In this document: positions 11,690-24,189 of the stretch, in pieces
Numbering within the stretch: position 1 is the stretch's first letter
Layout: each line of letters starts with the position of its first letter
NCBI GenBank assembly: GCA_973895155.1
Contig: OZ316891.1
Coordinates: 31,379,112 to 31,443,111 of the forward strand
Direction of reading: 5' to 3'
Length of the DNA: 64,000 nt
Origin: Marsupella aquatica
Lineage: Eukaryota; Plantae; Marchantiophyta
Made by a program: the position numbers and the translations under genes
The notes under the pieces: generated by a model
Told to the model about the DNA's origin: nothing
What the model saw: the letters and a program-made list of their open reading frames with translations, nothing else
Databases searched by the model: none

Positions 11690-11814
11690 GTGCAGATGGT
11701 GTTGAAGAGCCTGGGCATGAAAGGACAAAGAAGTGTCAGTAGATGATCAAGGGAGTCGATGCGGACGGTAATGGGAAGGTGGACTTTCAGGAGTTCAATA
11801 GGTCCACGAACTAA
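11690..11814 (+). pseudogene. Calmodulin-like (CML) EF-hand gene fragment
   Basis: VQMVLKSLGMK, then after a frameshift and stop MIKGVDADGNGKVDFQEF (from 11743), a canonical 12-residue EF-hand loop. Confidence 0.75.
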
Positions 11815-12861
11815 TTGCCTATGAAATCACTTATGCTTTTCAACAAATGTCTTGTGCAAAGACTTCTCATGCCCAGAATCCTTGTAGTGCACAATTCAAC
11901 TCGATAAGTGCATAAAACTACAATTTGTAATTGTTTGCTGTACTTATCAATAAATGCTTCTAGCATATGTGGTATAGAACAGGTTAATGCATCTATACTC
12001 TTATAGACTTAAAATGCTCTTTATGTATTTGTAGTTTAGTGACTAGCAACCTGCACTTACATACTGTGCATTTTTTAGTGCATTTCCAAAGAAATTTGCT
12101 GCAGTATTGAGGACCACCCAACACTTACCCACGGAATGCAGTTATATATGCTGCACTTATCCAAGGTGGACTGTACGACTTTGGTAGTGGAACGTTGACT
12201 TATGAAAAGTTTGACCTTGAAAGGCGCAGGCGAGAAGAGGGAATGGGGGTCACCAAGACAGGATAGGAACGTATGTTGTTCTGTTCAATGGGCTGTTCCC
12301 CGAGGAATGAGAGGTCTGGATCCGTGAGCCTCGTCAGTCAGGTACCAATGTTATGTCACCTGATCAATTCTAATGGTCTCTTCTGGTGTGATTGGATTTC
12401 AGGAGAAGGAAGCTTGTCTGAGGATTGCAGAGTAACGGAGTGGGCCGATGTTTACGTTAGATTTGTTTGGCAGCAAACTTGACTGACTTGCAGCCGAAAT
12501 TTGCCATCTCGCGCAGGTCCGCATGACCCACTCGATCAATTGAGTTGTAGGCGAGATCACCGGATGATGGCGTCGTCTACAGCTCGCCAGTCGAATAAAT
12601 GGGAGCGGGTACAAACTCGAGTGCTAAGCATAGGACACGACAGTAGCTCCCCAGGAATCAGGCAGTTAAGATAGTTTGATCAAGCAGAAATATTGAACAG
12701 GGAGTTTGGAAACGAATTCTGGAGATGATGGTATTAGGAGATTTGGAAAGAGTTTCAGAAATTGTTTCCCGAATTAGTGGGGCACATCAGAGTGAAAATT
12801 ACGCGAGATTGTGCAACGCGTTTGTATTATTGCTTTTGTGATACGAAGGAACTGAAGCACC

Positions 12862-15555
12862 ATGGATTGTGTAGTAGGATCTGGTCAGCTCTCCCATTTC
12901 TCACCACGCTACGACAGACCAGGGCAGGCTTTAGATTACATAACGGGTGCCCTTGTTCTTGTCTGCACCATCCCTTTCGTCGTTGGCAATGTAGTCATGG
13001 TCTGGTTTCGGAATTATCCTCCCATCAGGTCCAAGAGTGTCGTCCTGACAATGGTGAGCTCTTGTGCTGGATTGACCTGGATAGCGTCGACGTTTGTTGT
13101 CTACGACCACTTTATAAGCCAGCGCAAGGACACAATATTGGGCGTGTGTTCGCTGTGGACGTTCTGGTTACAAGTCTCTTTTGGCTTCGCTTTGTGGCTC
13201 AATTGCTTCATAGTGCGCCTGCTCAACCTCCGCCTCATTCTCATTATGAAGCGCGGTGCTATTAAGCGTGTCGGGGTAGCGTTGCTGGTGCTCTTCTCTC
13301 CCATCATCATCTACTCAATATTCATGTCCAGCTTTAGAGCCACGAGGTGAGCTCTGATCCCCCACAAGCTTTTCTTGGAACTTCTTTTCGATCATTGAAT
13401 AGTGGTGGTATAATCGTGTAGCTCAATTGTTTCCAATTTGAATCCGAAAGAAGTCGGCCATAGAAATGTACACCATCTCCCGCACGACTTTTGCAGAGTA
13501 TTAGGTTGTAAGTACATTAGTAGGCTTTTCTTTGCTAGTACAGTGAATAAGTGATTGCTTCGCTGCGGAGATTCCAGTTCGAGTTTGTGTCAGTCCATCC
13601 CATGACTTCGGACTCAATTCTCAACTTTTTCGTGGTTAGAAGGGGACATTTTATCTCCCTCCCAACGCTGCGAGTTGAGCAGAAGCATTTTCTGTTGCTG
13701 TTTCAATTAAGATTTAAATGTGGAAGATAATTCAACAACTCTGAGCAGAAGAAAAGAGAAGAAGAAGCAGCAGAAGAAGAAGAAGAAGAAGAAGAAGAAG
13801 AAGAAGAAGAATTGCTTATATCGTTGTTGAAAAAGAAAAGAGTTCATGGAAAGCTTCGAGTCAAGTTCCTGGGAAGATTCTCTTTGCACAACGCCTATCA
13901 GATTGCTTTGACTAGAGAGGAGTAGGTAGAGTTGTATAGGTTTGATATGATGTTTTGTTACTATCTGATTGACATAAACGGATGAGGTGCCGTCCACTGC
14001 AGATTTGTAGTCAAGAACAACTTTAACCAGTCGATAGTACTTCAACCTCAAAGAACACATCAGCATCCACGAGGAGAGTGTACATTCGGGCTCGGATGGG
14101 AGATTGGTCTTATCATCATTCTTGTTATCTATTTTGTGGTCTTCATCGGCCTTGCCATCAGTCTCCGTAATGTCCAGCCTCAATATAACGAATTTAGGTG
14201 AGTTGATTGTTGGGATTAAGGTATGTGGATGTTGGTACAATCAGTTGTTGCCAACGGGTTGGCGTTCCTTGAACAGAACTGGCTGGATGAATGTTTCATT
14301 TTAAACTGAGAACCCCGTGAACGAGGTCATTCTTAAGGAGCAGTGGGATGAACTGATGGTCGTTAGCTTTGTTCACAGGCAGGCGTCTTCATACGAGTTC
14401 TCTTAATCTCATTCAATGCCTGGCAACCTTTAACTTTTCCTTCTCTGCCAAAAACTGTTTCTATCCTAGAAGTCGAAGGCAACACTCCACTCCTATATTT
14501 GTAGGATAGAGGATTTTGTGAAGTGATAAAGTAAATGAATGAGTTGAACGAGAAAGAAAGTTGATTGGTTTCGACGTTTCGATGTTGCGTGCAATCACAT
14601 TGCAGGTTGATTCGTAATGGTGGCATTTTTACCTTTTTCCTCTTCCTGTTAAATGCGGTTACCTATCATACGAAGGTGTATCGCGAGGTCACTGGACGCT
14701 GCTTTTTGGCTGTGATTGAATCGGGAGCAGTATTTTATTATTTTTGGGCTCGTAATTTGGAGGTGGTGCACAATGTACTGTTCAATAAGGAACAATATTT
14801 AGTGGATTTCCTGACTCAGATGAATTCGGTCCCCTTGACCGGTCAATCATGGTACGTAGATCTAATGCACGTCCCATGATAACATTTTGATTGCATGTTC
14901 CCTACCAAAGGATGCTTTGTAGCAGGATTGAACCTTGGGGCAGTATGGTACACGAATGTGGCGATATTTGAATCTTGACAAGGTTGCCTGCTGTTTTGAG
15001 CTGGAGCCCATTCTTTTCTTGTTACCTGCAGCGATCCAAATCCACTAGAAAGTCTCTTCTTTGATGTCAGAGACGAGGTGGCTTCTGCTCAAGCTGAAGT
15101 GCAAGAGTTGGAGCACGCTCTAGCCAAACTGCAAGAACAATACAAACGAGAGGTATGTAAATGTCTTTGTCCAGTTCATAAATGTTATGACTGCTCCTAA
15201 TCTTGCACACATGGCTATCTATGCACGGCACAGGATCATGACTCTGTACTAAGTAATCACGAGGAACTAATCGTGGTAAGTGGATGCGCAGTGGAGTTTG
15301 GGAAAGCTGTCTGCGAGACAGGAAGCACCTACCACTGGTCAACATACTCGGTCCGTTATTGCGAGCCTGGGACAGTGCATGAATTGTTCTGCTTACTGAG
15401 CTCTTCTGTAACTGTGTTGAAACTGTGACTTCACGCTGGCCGTCACAATGTGTTGTGTTGGCTGCAAAGACTTATTTCTGGACTTGTTCAAAACTAGTTG
15501 TAATTATGACCAGATCATCAGAGCAAATCCAAGAAATAAAATGTGGGAATGGTGA
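12862..15555 (+). CDS. Seven-transmembrane protein resembling the 7TM domain of plant RGS1, with a C-terminal coiled coil and no visible RGS box
   Basis: Exons about 12862-13346, 14003-14197, 14606-14851 and 15032-15152 join in frame at GT-AG sites; 15234-15275 and 15514-15555 are tentative. CSLWTFWLQVSFGFALWLNCFIVRLLNL resembles the CxLWxxW...GFGLxxSC helix of RGS1, and LRNVQPQYNEFR resembles the RGS1 third intracellular loop. Confidence 0.75.
13757..13810 (+). repeat. (GAA)n microsatellite in an intron
   Basis: Run of GAA triplets. Confidence 0.9.
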
Positions 15556-17101
15556 CACTCTTGTAATCAGTTATTTGCAAAGGTCACCTGTTATAACCAC
15601 AAGATTTTTTGTATTTTATACTGAGAATGCCACACAGTAAGCGTGAAAGCTGCTTACCTTGCTTACACATCCATCAGACAGTAAGCTCGTTCTCATCATG
15701 TGCACTTCTGCCTGCCCATCTTCATTGAGAGGTCTGTATAAGACATGAAAATTGCACAGAATTTTTGTAACCATGTAAAGATTTAGCGCAATTGCACCAC
15801 GAGGTTCCCCTTGTTAGATGGCACTCACACTCAAGTCAAACCGACAATGAAGGACCATAACGCTATCGAGTGATTGGGCTTCTTACCTCTTGCCCTCAAG
15901 GCACTCCTTGCCTGTGGCCAGGAGGTTGAGATTTCAGTCCCCACTTGTTGAGAGATGTGCATTTGAGAGGTTACTTCACATCGTGATCAGATTGTGGCAT
16001 GATTTGCCCTGTCCTTTGCCAGGGTTGATTAAAGAGTATTTATAGAATTTCTTTTGGTAAAACAAAGAAACTTTAATTAGATCAGGATTTAACATAGTGT
16101 GTAAAAAATACATTCTAAGTTAAACCCTGGTTGTGGATGTAGAAAGTTCGGTTGCACCCAAAAACTTGGGTGGAATGATGGGCACTAACACACATTTCTA
16201 TTATGGGAGAAGTGGTCCCCAATTGGGCAAAGGAACTCTCAAATCATGCTGACACCAGAGTATGATGCAAAAGTGATGAATTTTAACAATGCAATGGACC
16301 TGTATTAGAGCCATCCATGAGTCAAGATTCTGGGTGGCAAAGCGCTACCGGAATGTGACGACTGAGATAGTGATGTTGAAGAAAGGGAAATTGCAAAGTG
16401 TAGAATTCTTATCACCCCATCTTGTAATTGATTAGGCCAAAGCCTCGGGGATGGCATTCCTTGTAAATTGTCAAAAAGTGCGGTCACAATCCTATTGAGA
16501 GCATCCTTTTCTTGACCAAAAAATGAAAAATACCTTTTCTTCCAAAATACAAGAATTCTTGTAGCATTCTCTTGGAAATATTCAATTTGTTACCAGGCTA
16601 GCAACGGTATTAGCTGCCTTTGGCCTCACAAGAGTTTTTTGGACAGATTTCTTTATTTCTTAAGACTGGTGTGTGTGATACAAATGACTCTCCAAATTCT
16701 ATGTCTGCAATTTTCTGCTCAAAAATGGATTGATAACCAACTGTAAATTATATATCATTGCAATCTGATTGGTTGTGATGGGCTGGAGGACCTTTCTTTT
16801 TGGATCAAGTTTATCCATCTTAGAGTGTGATCTACTGCACGATGAAAGATCTCGACATCAATTTAGAAAATGTTATAATTATTTATAAAACTATTTTGAT
16901 CTTTTCTCCCTTGCATCATTATCACCTCCACTGGTTGTGCCTCCCACCCAAGGTAATCCAGGCCCCACATTGCACCCCACTTCTCTATCCTATTCCTTTG
17001 ACTTCCCCTTTCCTACATGATTACTTTTCCCCTCCCCCCTCCTCCCTTAATTGGGCTGCTTTGCCATTGGCTCCCTCTCTCCCGGTTCAGCATTTTTGCC
17101 C

Positions 17102-17445
17102 TATGGCACTGTGATATGTATATTTCCTACATGATTCAATAGTCCTGTTTTATTTCTGAGCTACATTGTGAGGGCTCGAGGGTAACAATGATAAGTCCTT
17201 CTGTCCCTTTTTCCTCTTATGGCACTGTGATATATATTTCCTACATGATTCAATAGTCCTGTTTTATTTCTGAGCTACAGTGTGAGGGCTCGAGGGTAAC
17301 AATGATAAGTCCTTCTGTCCCTTTTTCCTCTTATGGCACTGTGATATATATTTCCTACATGATTCAATAGTCCTGTTTTATTTCTGAGCTACAGTGTGAG
17401 GGCTCGAGGGTAACAATGATAAGTCCTTCTGTCCCTTTTTCCTCT
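17102..17445. repeat. Three tandem copies of a ~114-bp unit
   Basis: TATGGCACTGTGATAT...CTCGAGGGTAACAATGATAAGTCCTTCTGTCCCTTTTTCCTCT starting at 17102, 17218 and 17332, nearly identical. Confidence 0.95.
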
Positions 17446-18929
17446 TTCCCCACAACGATAAGTCTTTCTGCCCCCTTTTCCTATTTCCCTCTTTTATTAG
17501 GGGGTCTCAAACTTAGAGTTCTGCAGAAGTTCTACATGGCAGGGAACCCGTGGTTGACACTAAGACCAGGAAATCTGAGGTGCCCAAAGACGGTGACTGT
17601 CAGTAAGTTACTCAAGCAGGTTACTGAAGGCACATAGTAAATGCTCTGACGGGTTTAGGGTTGCTTGAGCTTCGCAGTTTGATGTTGCTCGTGATGCCGC
17701 GACGGTGCTTGTGAGAAACAAAGTGGACCTTCAGCATGTGTCATTGTGCACACTTGCAGGGCATCTATTAACACAGGTGCGACTGTGCACATATATTCGT
17801 GGTTGTCCATCAAGAGGACTTTCTTGCTTTGTTTGTAAGTCCTATTTCCAAAATCACCTGAAATTTCAAGCTTCCATTTTTATTCTTCTGTGCTTTCACA
17901 GTCAGGATGTTCAAATGCCTGAATGCTTGTTTGTTTTCCAGGAAGCCATGGTTCATTGGATTTCTCTATGGATCAGTATGCACTATTTTTCCACTGTCTT
18001 TAGTTCGGGCAACAAATTACATAGCCCAGAATCCCTACCCGAGGAAATTCTTTCACTTTTCCTGCCCCCATAGGGCCAACGATGGAATTCAATCTAACAA
18101 ATCCCTGGAATGGGGGTCAAAATGTGGACATAACCTACCCAGAGAGCTTGCCCTTCATTTCCAATTGGTTCTGTTTGATGCCATTCATGGTGGTGTACAG
18201 TCTGCAAATGTCCTAGTTTGGAACTATGCTAGCACTCTTTTGAAATATAGTCCAGTGGAATTCAGCGTTTTGTCTGAATGTGAGAAAATTAAAGTAGTTC
18301 ATGACATTCTCAAGCAATTGCCCAAGCTCCAAGTCTCACTGAAGTGAGAGGTCTTGAGATGCACGTTCATCGATCGTCTTTTGTGGATTCTGGAATTCCA
18401 AGGATGCCTACTCAAACCGCTGTGAAATTAAAGTCCACTTCTGGGAAACCTAAGAGTGCCAAGAAAATTCTGGCAGACCTTGTGCTGCAATTGAAGAATA
18501 CAGCTATAGAGGGCTACAAATAGGGATGGAATTGTCTAATGTAGGCTTGAAGCTTTGGACAACAATAGTGTACTCGGTTCTTATATGAATGATACATGGA
18601 TTTTGTTTGTGATGGATGATGCTTGACGCATCATTTTCTTTATTCATTTGTCTATATATTGACTTCTTGACAATTGATAGTTTCAAACATGCCTCGATTT
18701 TCAGAGAGGCATAGAGGGTTGAGACAAATAAGGCAACACTTAGAATTAGCCATTGTTGTACAGAGTTCTGAAAGTTCTGAAGATGCTGGATGTGTGGACT
18801 TGGACATGGAAGGATTCTCATACTTTGACAAGAATAACTTTGCAACGGACAGCGATTCCTATTTGCCTTCCGATAGCTCGTCTGATGATCAGATATGAGA
18901 AGAGGAATGAGACTCTGATGAGATCCAAG

Positions 18930-20090
18930 TGACCTGCTAGAGCTGTACTTTGTCATATACAATACTCGTTATTTTGTTGATCGGCAAGTGAGCTTGAAAT
19001 CTGAAGAATTAATTTGCACAACAATTCTTTCATTGTTTGGCAGATAATTTGCTTAGGCAACTCACTAGGATGGACATGTCCTTTTTTTTATCACCTTCTT
19101 ACCCTGTTTGAAGGACACCCGGTCGTCTAGGATGAGTTCAATGAGCAAACACCTATAGAGGTACAATTAACATTCTGCCTGGACAGGCTTGGTCATGATG
19201 GGAACGGTGCAAGCATAAATCATATGATACCACCTGGGGTGTGAGTCGTGGTTCAATTGTGAACTATTCTAAACGTTGCTTTGTGGCTTGGAGAGCGTCT
19301 TAAAGAGTACATTGAATGGCCTACCAGAAGGGAATGCTGCATTTGAAAGTTTAGTATTTCCAAGCTGTATAGGTCTGATTGATGGTTCCCTCTGCCCTCT
19401 GTCAAAACAACCTTCCCTGTATGGAGAGTGTTACTATGATCGAAGGTGTTGGTATCCCATAAATGTACACGTGGTATGTGACCACCATAGGAAAATCATA
19501 TTCTTGTTCTCACGTAATAATTTACTAACATTATTTTGTGGAATTCAAAAGAACACTGTATCCTCTGTTAAACATTAACCTTTCGATGTCCATGCCTGGA
19601 TCTTGCTCTGACCTGACTTGTGTATGAAAGTCCCCATTGTTTCCTTTCTTGACTGATGTGAGAAGAAATGCACTGTTTGAAGCAGACCAGCACATTTTAG
19701 GTACATTTTAGGATACTTCAATACTTGTGTGACAAAATGCAAGGTAACCATTGAGCAGTGCAGCTTACTTATAAAGTGCAAACCTGAAGCTAGAGTTGGG
19801 GTCTAGTCTTCTAGAGTGAAGCCTCTAAACTGGAACTTGATCCATGTGAATGGAAAGACTCATAGGTATCATGTACGTCAAATGATGATCATGTACACTT
19901 TGTCACGGTTTCTATTTACATTCAAAGAAGGGCATTCAGGTTCGTTGGTGGAATGAAGAGTAGATGGCATTCATTAAAGGAAGTACGGATTCAACTGAGC
20001 ACAAAAAATGACAGCCTCTAGATGGTAAGGTGGATCGCTTTGTGTGCAAAGTTGCACATTCAACTATGTTATTAGCAGGCATGATGCATG
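18930..20090 (+). pseudogene. PIF/Harbinger DDE transposase (HARBI1-like), degenerate
   Basis: EVQLTFCLDRLGHDGNGAS, WGVSRGSIVNY, FPSCIGLIDGSLCPL...YYDRRCWYPINVHVVCDHHRKI, YFNTCVTKCKVTIEQ and GGMKSRWHSLKEVRIQL...LCAKLH, with several stops and frameshifts. Confidence 0.85.
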
Positions 20091-20961
20091 GACATAGCTG
20101 AAAATTATAGCACTGGAGAGGGAGCATGATGGTGAAGAACAGGAGACTTTTATGCAGAGCCCAACGTTAATGGGACTCCTGATGAGCATCCAGGGAAGAG
20201 TCATGGATGGAGCTTTGGAACACTATCGGCAACCTGGGAGGTTTCTGCACCAGACGGCCGAGTACCATAATGTAGCCAGTAGTAGAAAAGCATTCAGAAT
20301 GTTGAAGTAAGTACTTCAATCAGTTTTGGAGGAGCCTATGAAGCGAACAAGAGAAAATTCGTTTGAGATTCACAGCTTGCGTCATATTGTCAAGTGAAAC
20401 AGGACAACAGGGAATTTCAAATTAATCCCAGCCCTGTGGACAAAGAGTATTAAGGACCTGTGTGTGATGTTTCTCTTCGAATGAGTTCTAGGTTATGTGA
20501 AGTAACAGTTGCCATCCATACCATCAACAAATACTGTCTGAGTTTGAAACCCGCAGCTCAATTCCATTCAAAGAACCAGCACATATTCCACTGGGCTAAA
20601 CAATTTGCCGAACCAATTTCAGAAAAAGTAAACAAACAGACAATGGAAGATGCTATCGATGGATCTCAACTGATAAAAAAATCCCTACGGTAACACAGCT
20701 GAAGCGTCACATGTGGAATGGATCGATCTAGAAGCAGCATATACTAATGTTAACCCTTCAAGCCTTATGACAACCAGCCTTTCATGCCTTCTGATTTGTA
20801 GGAAAGCACAGGCACAAATGCACTAATTGAAATGCACATCCAAAAGTCCAGAAGTGGTGATGTAAGAAAAGAAAGCTTTATTCTGAGATTGAGCCTTGCA
20901 TAGCAAAGTGTGCAAGGCTGAATTGACATTGTAAGTTTGAGATAATTCAAAGAACCTAAAA

Positions 20962-22149
20962 TTAGTCATCAATGTTGATTGGCTGGTTGGAATGAGGTGG
21001 CATTGCAGAGGGTGGACGAGCTCTGCGGGGAGGGGCAGATTTATTGACATTGAAAAGAGCAGGGGGAATGAGATTCAAGAGGGATTTCATTTCATCCTCA
21101 GATCGATTACTCCCAACGAGCGCTGTAAGCAACGCTGTGTGCTGAATCAAATCCAGCTGGTGGGCAGTATCTTTGACATTGGAAAGAGCAGGGGGAATGA
21201 GATTCAAGAGGGATTTCATTTCAACCACAGATCGATTACTTCTAATGAGCTCTGTAAGAAAAGCTGTGTGCTGCTGACACTGCATCACATCCAGCTGGTG
21301 TTGGTGCTCCAACCGAGCTCTCTTCTCCACATGCCTCAGCTGGTGTTGGTGCTCCAACCGAGCTCTCTTCTCCGCATTCCTCCTCTGCATTTGATCTTTT
21401 TTCTCTTGCTGAGCTGCTGCGATCTCCCTAGCCTCTCGCCTGTCAACCAATTCCTGGGTTCTGCACTTGAACTTTGTTTGAATCATCTCCCGTCTGTACG
21501 TAGATTTGTCACCAATTTTGTCTAAGTAAAGGTTGGCCATATTAGACCTCGACTGTGCCTGCAATGCCGGAGTGGCAGCCCTCTTAGTCGGAACGCGCCT
21601 TTGCCCATTCCCAGCTGGAGGTGGAATTGGCCTGGACTGCGACTCCTCTGCGACAGAGCCTGGTGTGCCGGTGTTGGCAGGACCTTGCTCAATCGCTTCA
21701 GGCTGGGCATGAGTTCGAGTGGAATCATTCATCTCAGGAGCAATATCGGCAACATGGTCATGTTGCGTCTGTGCTCCATTGTCAACGCCCATTTCAGATT
21801 CATCTTGTTGCAGCCCAACATTGTCATAATCTTGCTCTTCGTCGTCAGAACTAGGATCAAGAATGAGTTCGGGCTCGCCAGGTAATCCACATTGTCCCAA
21901 CGCTGGAGGGCGAAAATTAGCCCGCTTCCCAACTGTTAGCCGACGTCGCGACCGAGGTCGCGACTCATAAAGCATGGCAAAGTTATCAGGAACTTCGAGC
22001 CAGTCTACTTTGTTCTCAGTAAGACCGTTCGCAGTCTGACGAGGTGCAGATCTAGCTTGTGCTCCACCTGATGCAACAGCGACCACCATAGCTTCGGCTA
22101 CTTGAGAATTCTGCACAATCTCCGGCGGCCCGAACGAATTCAGAAACAA
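20962..22149 (-). CDS. Probable Harbinger second ORF (Myb/SANT-like accessory protein, partly deleted) with internal duplications
   Basis: 395-aa open frame convergent with the transposase. DWLEVPDNFAMLY resembles the N-terminal helix of Harbinger accessory proteins. It has an acidic low-complexity middle, a coiled-coil C-terminal half and two internal tandem repeats. Confidence 0.55.
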   Translation of the reverse strand: MFLNSFGPPEIVQNSQVAEAMVVAVASGGAQARSAPRQTANGLTENKVDWLEVPDNFAMLYESRPRSRRRLTVGKRANFRPPALGQCGLPGEPELILDPSSDDEEQDYDNVGLQQDESEMGVDNGAQTQHDHVADIAPEMNDSTRTHAQPEAIEQGPANTGTPGSVAEESQSRPIPPPAGNGQRRVPTKRAATPALQAQSRSNMANLYLDKIGDKSTYRREMIQTKFKCRTQELVDRREAREIAAAQQEKKDQMQRRNAEKRARLEHQHQLRHVEKRARLEHQHQLDVMQCQQHTAFLTELIRSNRSVVEMKSLLNLIPPALSNVKDTAHQLDLIQHTALLTALVGSNRSEDEMKSLLNLIPPALFNVNKSAPPRRARPPSAMPPHSNQPINIDD

Positions 22150-24189
22150 CTGCTGTGCTTAGGCAGATTCACCAGCGGAATGATGCTCACAATGCTCCAT
22201 GGTCCCTTCCATGGTATCCTCCATAGTAGGGGAGTGCCTCTCACTCGGACTGCAAAATTCCTTCAAGTTCTGAGCGGGAAGTTTGAGATTTTCAAAAGTT
22301 TGTACAAAGCGGCTGCACATTCATGGCTGCTTGTCAATATGTGCGTCAAGTGACATGGTGACTTCAGAAAATAACGGCAGCTCAAGTGTCGATTTTGAAC
22401 TCGATATGTAAGCGGGGACTCATTTTTTAAGTTTCACATACCCGCGGTGGGCACTATGGACCCCTCTCAAAGTCTGTACCCCGCTGGTTGCACTGACCTG
22501 GGACTTGGGTTTCGGTCACCGTCTCGGCCGGTAATTTTCGGGAATGGCCGTCCGAGAAAAATTTCGGGACGCTAAGTTTGAGACGCCCTATGTGTCGTTC
22601 GACTTTGGGATTCTGTCTCCCCGGAGTTTTCATTCTTTGGCACGGTGATATATATTCTGTCTGTCGTGAAGAGAAATCCCGGTTTTCTTCACGAGCTACT
22701 GTAGAGAGGGCTCTGGGGCATCTCGGGCGCAATGTGACTGGTGTAGTTTTCTCGTCTTTCTCTCTTGTGGGCACCAAGAAACTTTCACTGATTCTTCCTT
22801 GATTTCAATTCAGTCTCACTCTGTCCTTCGGGAGCTCGTTTACGTCGAACTCCCGCGCAGAAATCTTAGCTCATTCAATTAACACTGTCTCGCTCAACTT
22901 GATCGGAACAATGTTTCCATCACCTGTTCGATTGTTGCCTGCCTAAACCCTAAATTTGAATTGACTGAAGGTTCCAATTGTAGCGGTTCTTAAAATTCTT
23001 TGGCTATTTAACTCTATTTTTCACTGTAGTGATTTGATGTACACTCAATCTTCAGAACATCCGGAACATTCTTCATTCGGATTCTTTTGTGAATGGTCTT
23101 GCAATCTTTCACAAGACCTTCATTCTTGTGCTGGGCTTTAGCACGCCTCTGGCAAATTTTCTGGCAGCTGCACACTGCGAAGAGTTGTGCTGTTTGACTC
23201 CAATGAGTAAGGATGAATCCCAGTGTTGAGAATGTGGATTGATCAAGACATGTCTCAATCGATAAGAGCTGTCATCTCCACCAGCATTGACATCAAACGA
23301 TCCTCCGGGGTTGATACTATTAAACATTTGTAAAAAAGATACTGAACCGAGATGTAAGGGTTTAAAACAAAGGTTTCATTTGATTCTCTTCTCAATTTCT
23401 GCCAGTGTGCTCAGGTGACTGAGCTTGAGCTTGACCTAATGCTGGCTTTTCAATATGACCACTGCCAAAAGTCATATAACGGTCAGGTGATCGATCTTCA
23501 ACTCAATTGCCTTCACAATTGAGAATGTCCGTGATTCTGGTCTCTTTGGTCTGCAGGATATTTGTCGAGTCTATAGGAAAATGTGCTTACAAAGCGGTGT
23601 CCCTCTCACTACATAGTAATGTGCCTGGTCTCTATCCATAGGATCCGAAAGCTGGTCGAGTACATGAAAAAAATCTACAGTAATCTTCTCGATCCCAACC
23701 AGATGGCAAAGTTGGATGAAACTCATAAGGGCGGAACGCATAGACGATGCATGGTTCTTTAGTTCCAATTGTCGTTAGTCCTGCACGAGTGTGGTACAAG
23801 AGGTTTTCTGTGCCTCAGTCCCCTCTCGACTTTCTCCGGTAATGATCAATTCGAATTAGGAGCTGCTTCCAATGGGGCGGCTCAAATCTCTTCCATATGC
23901 CTCTGGTCGCCATCAAGGGTACTTATTACTCGGGAAAAAAATGGCGGTCATGATAATACTTGTCTGCACACTCCTGACCGCAAACCAAAACTGGTACTTT
24001 TTGGGACAATTATTTTTCTGCAAACCTGTTATTTTTCCCTAAACCCTAAACTAAATGCACCTATACACATTCTGCATTGGGGCACTCCCATCATCATAAG
24101 CAACTATGTGGACCTGGTTTTCTGAACCAAGGCTCCCTTTGAAACTTTGGACATTGTGATCCTTAAAAACTGAGACCCCATGGACCTAA

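Noticed and set aside
13707-14240. 177-aa - strand ORF with poly-Phe
   Set aside because: Antisense to a 7TM exon and a GAA microsatellite.
20992-21525. 177-aa + strand ORF
   Set aside because: Antisense shadow of the repetitive 20962-22149 ORF.
17654-24050. TTTAGGG/CCCTAAA motifs as interstitial telomere
   Set aside because: Only one or two units at each site, consistent with ordinary telo-box-like motifs.
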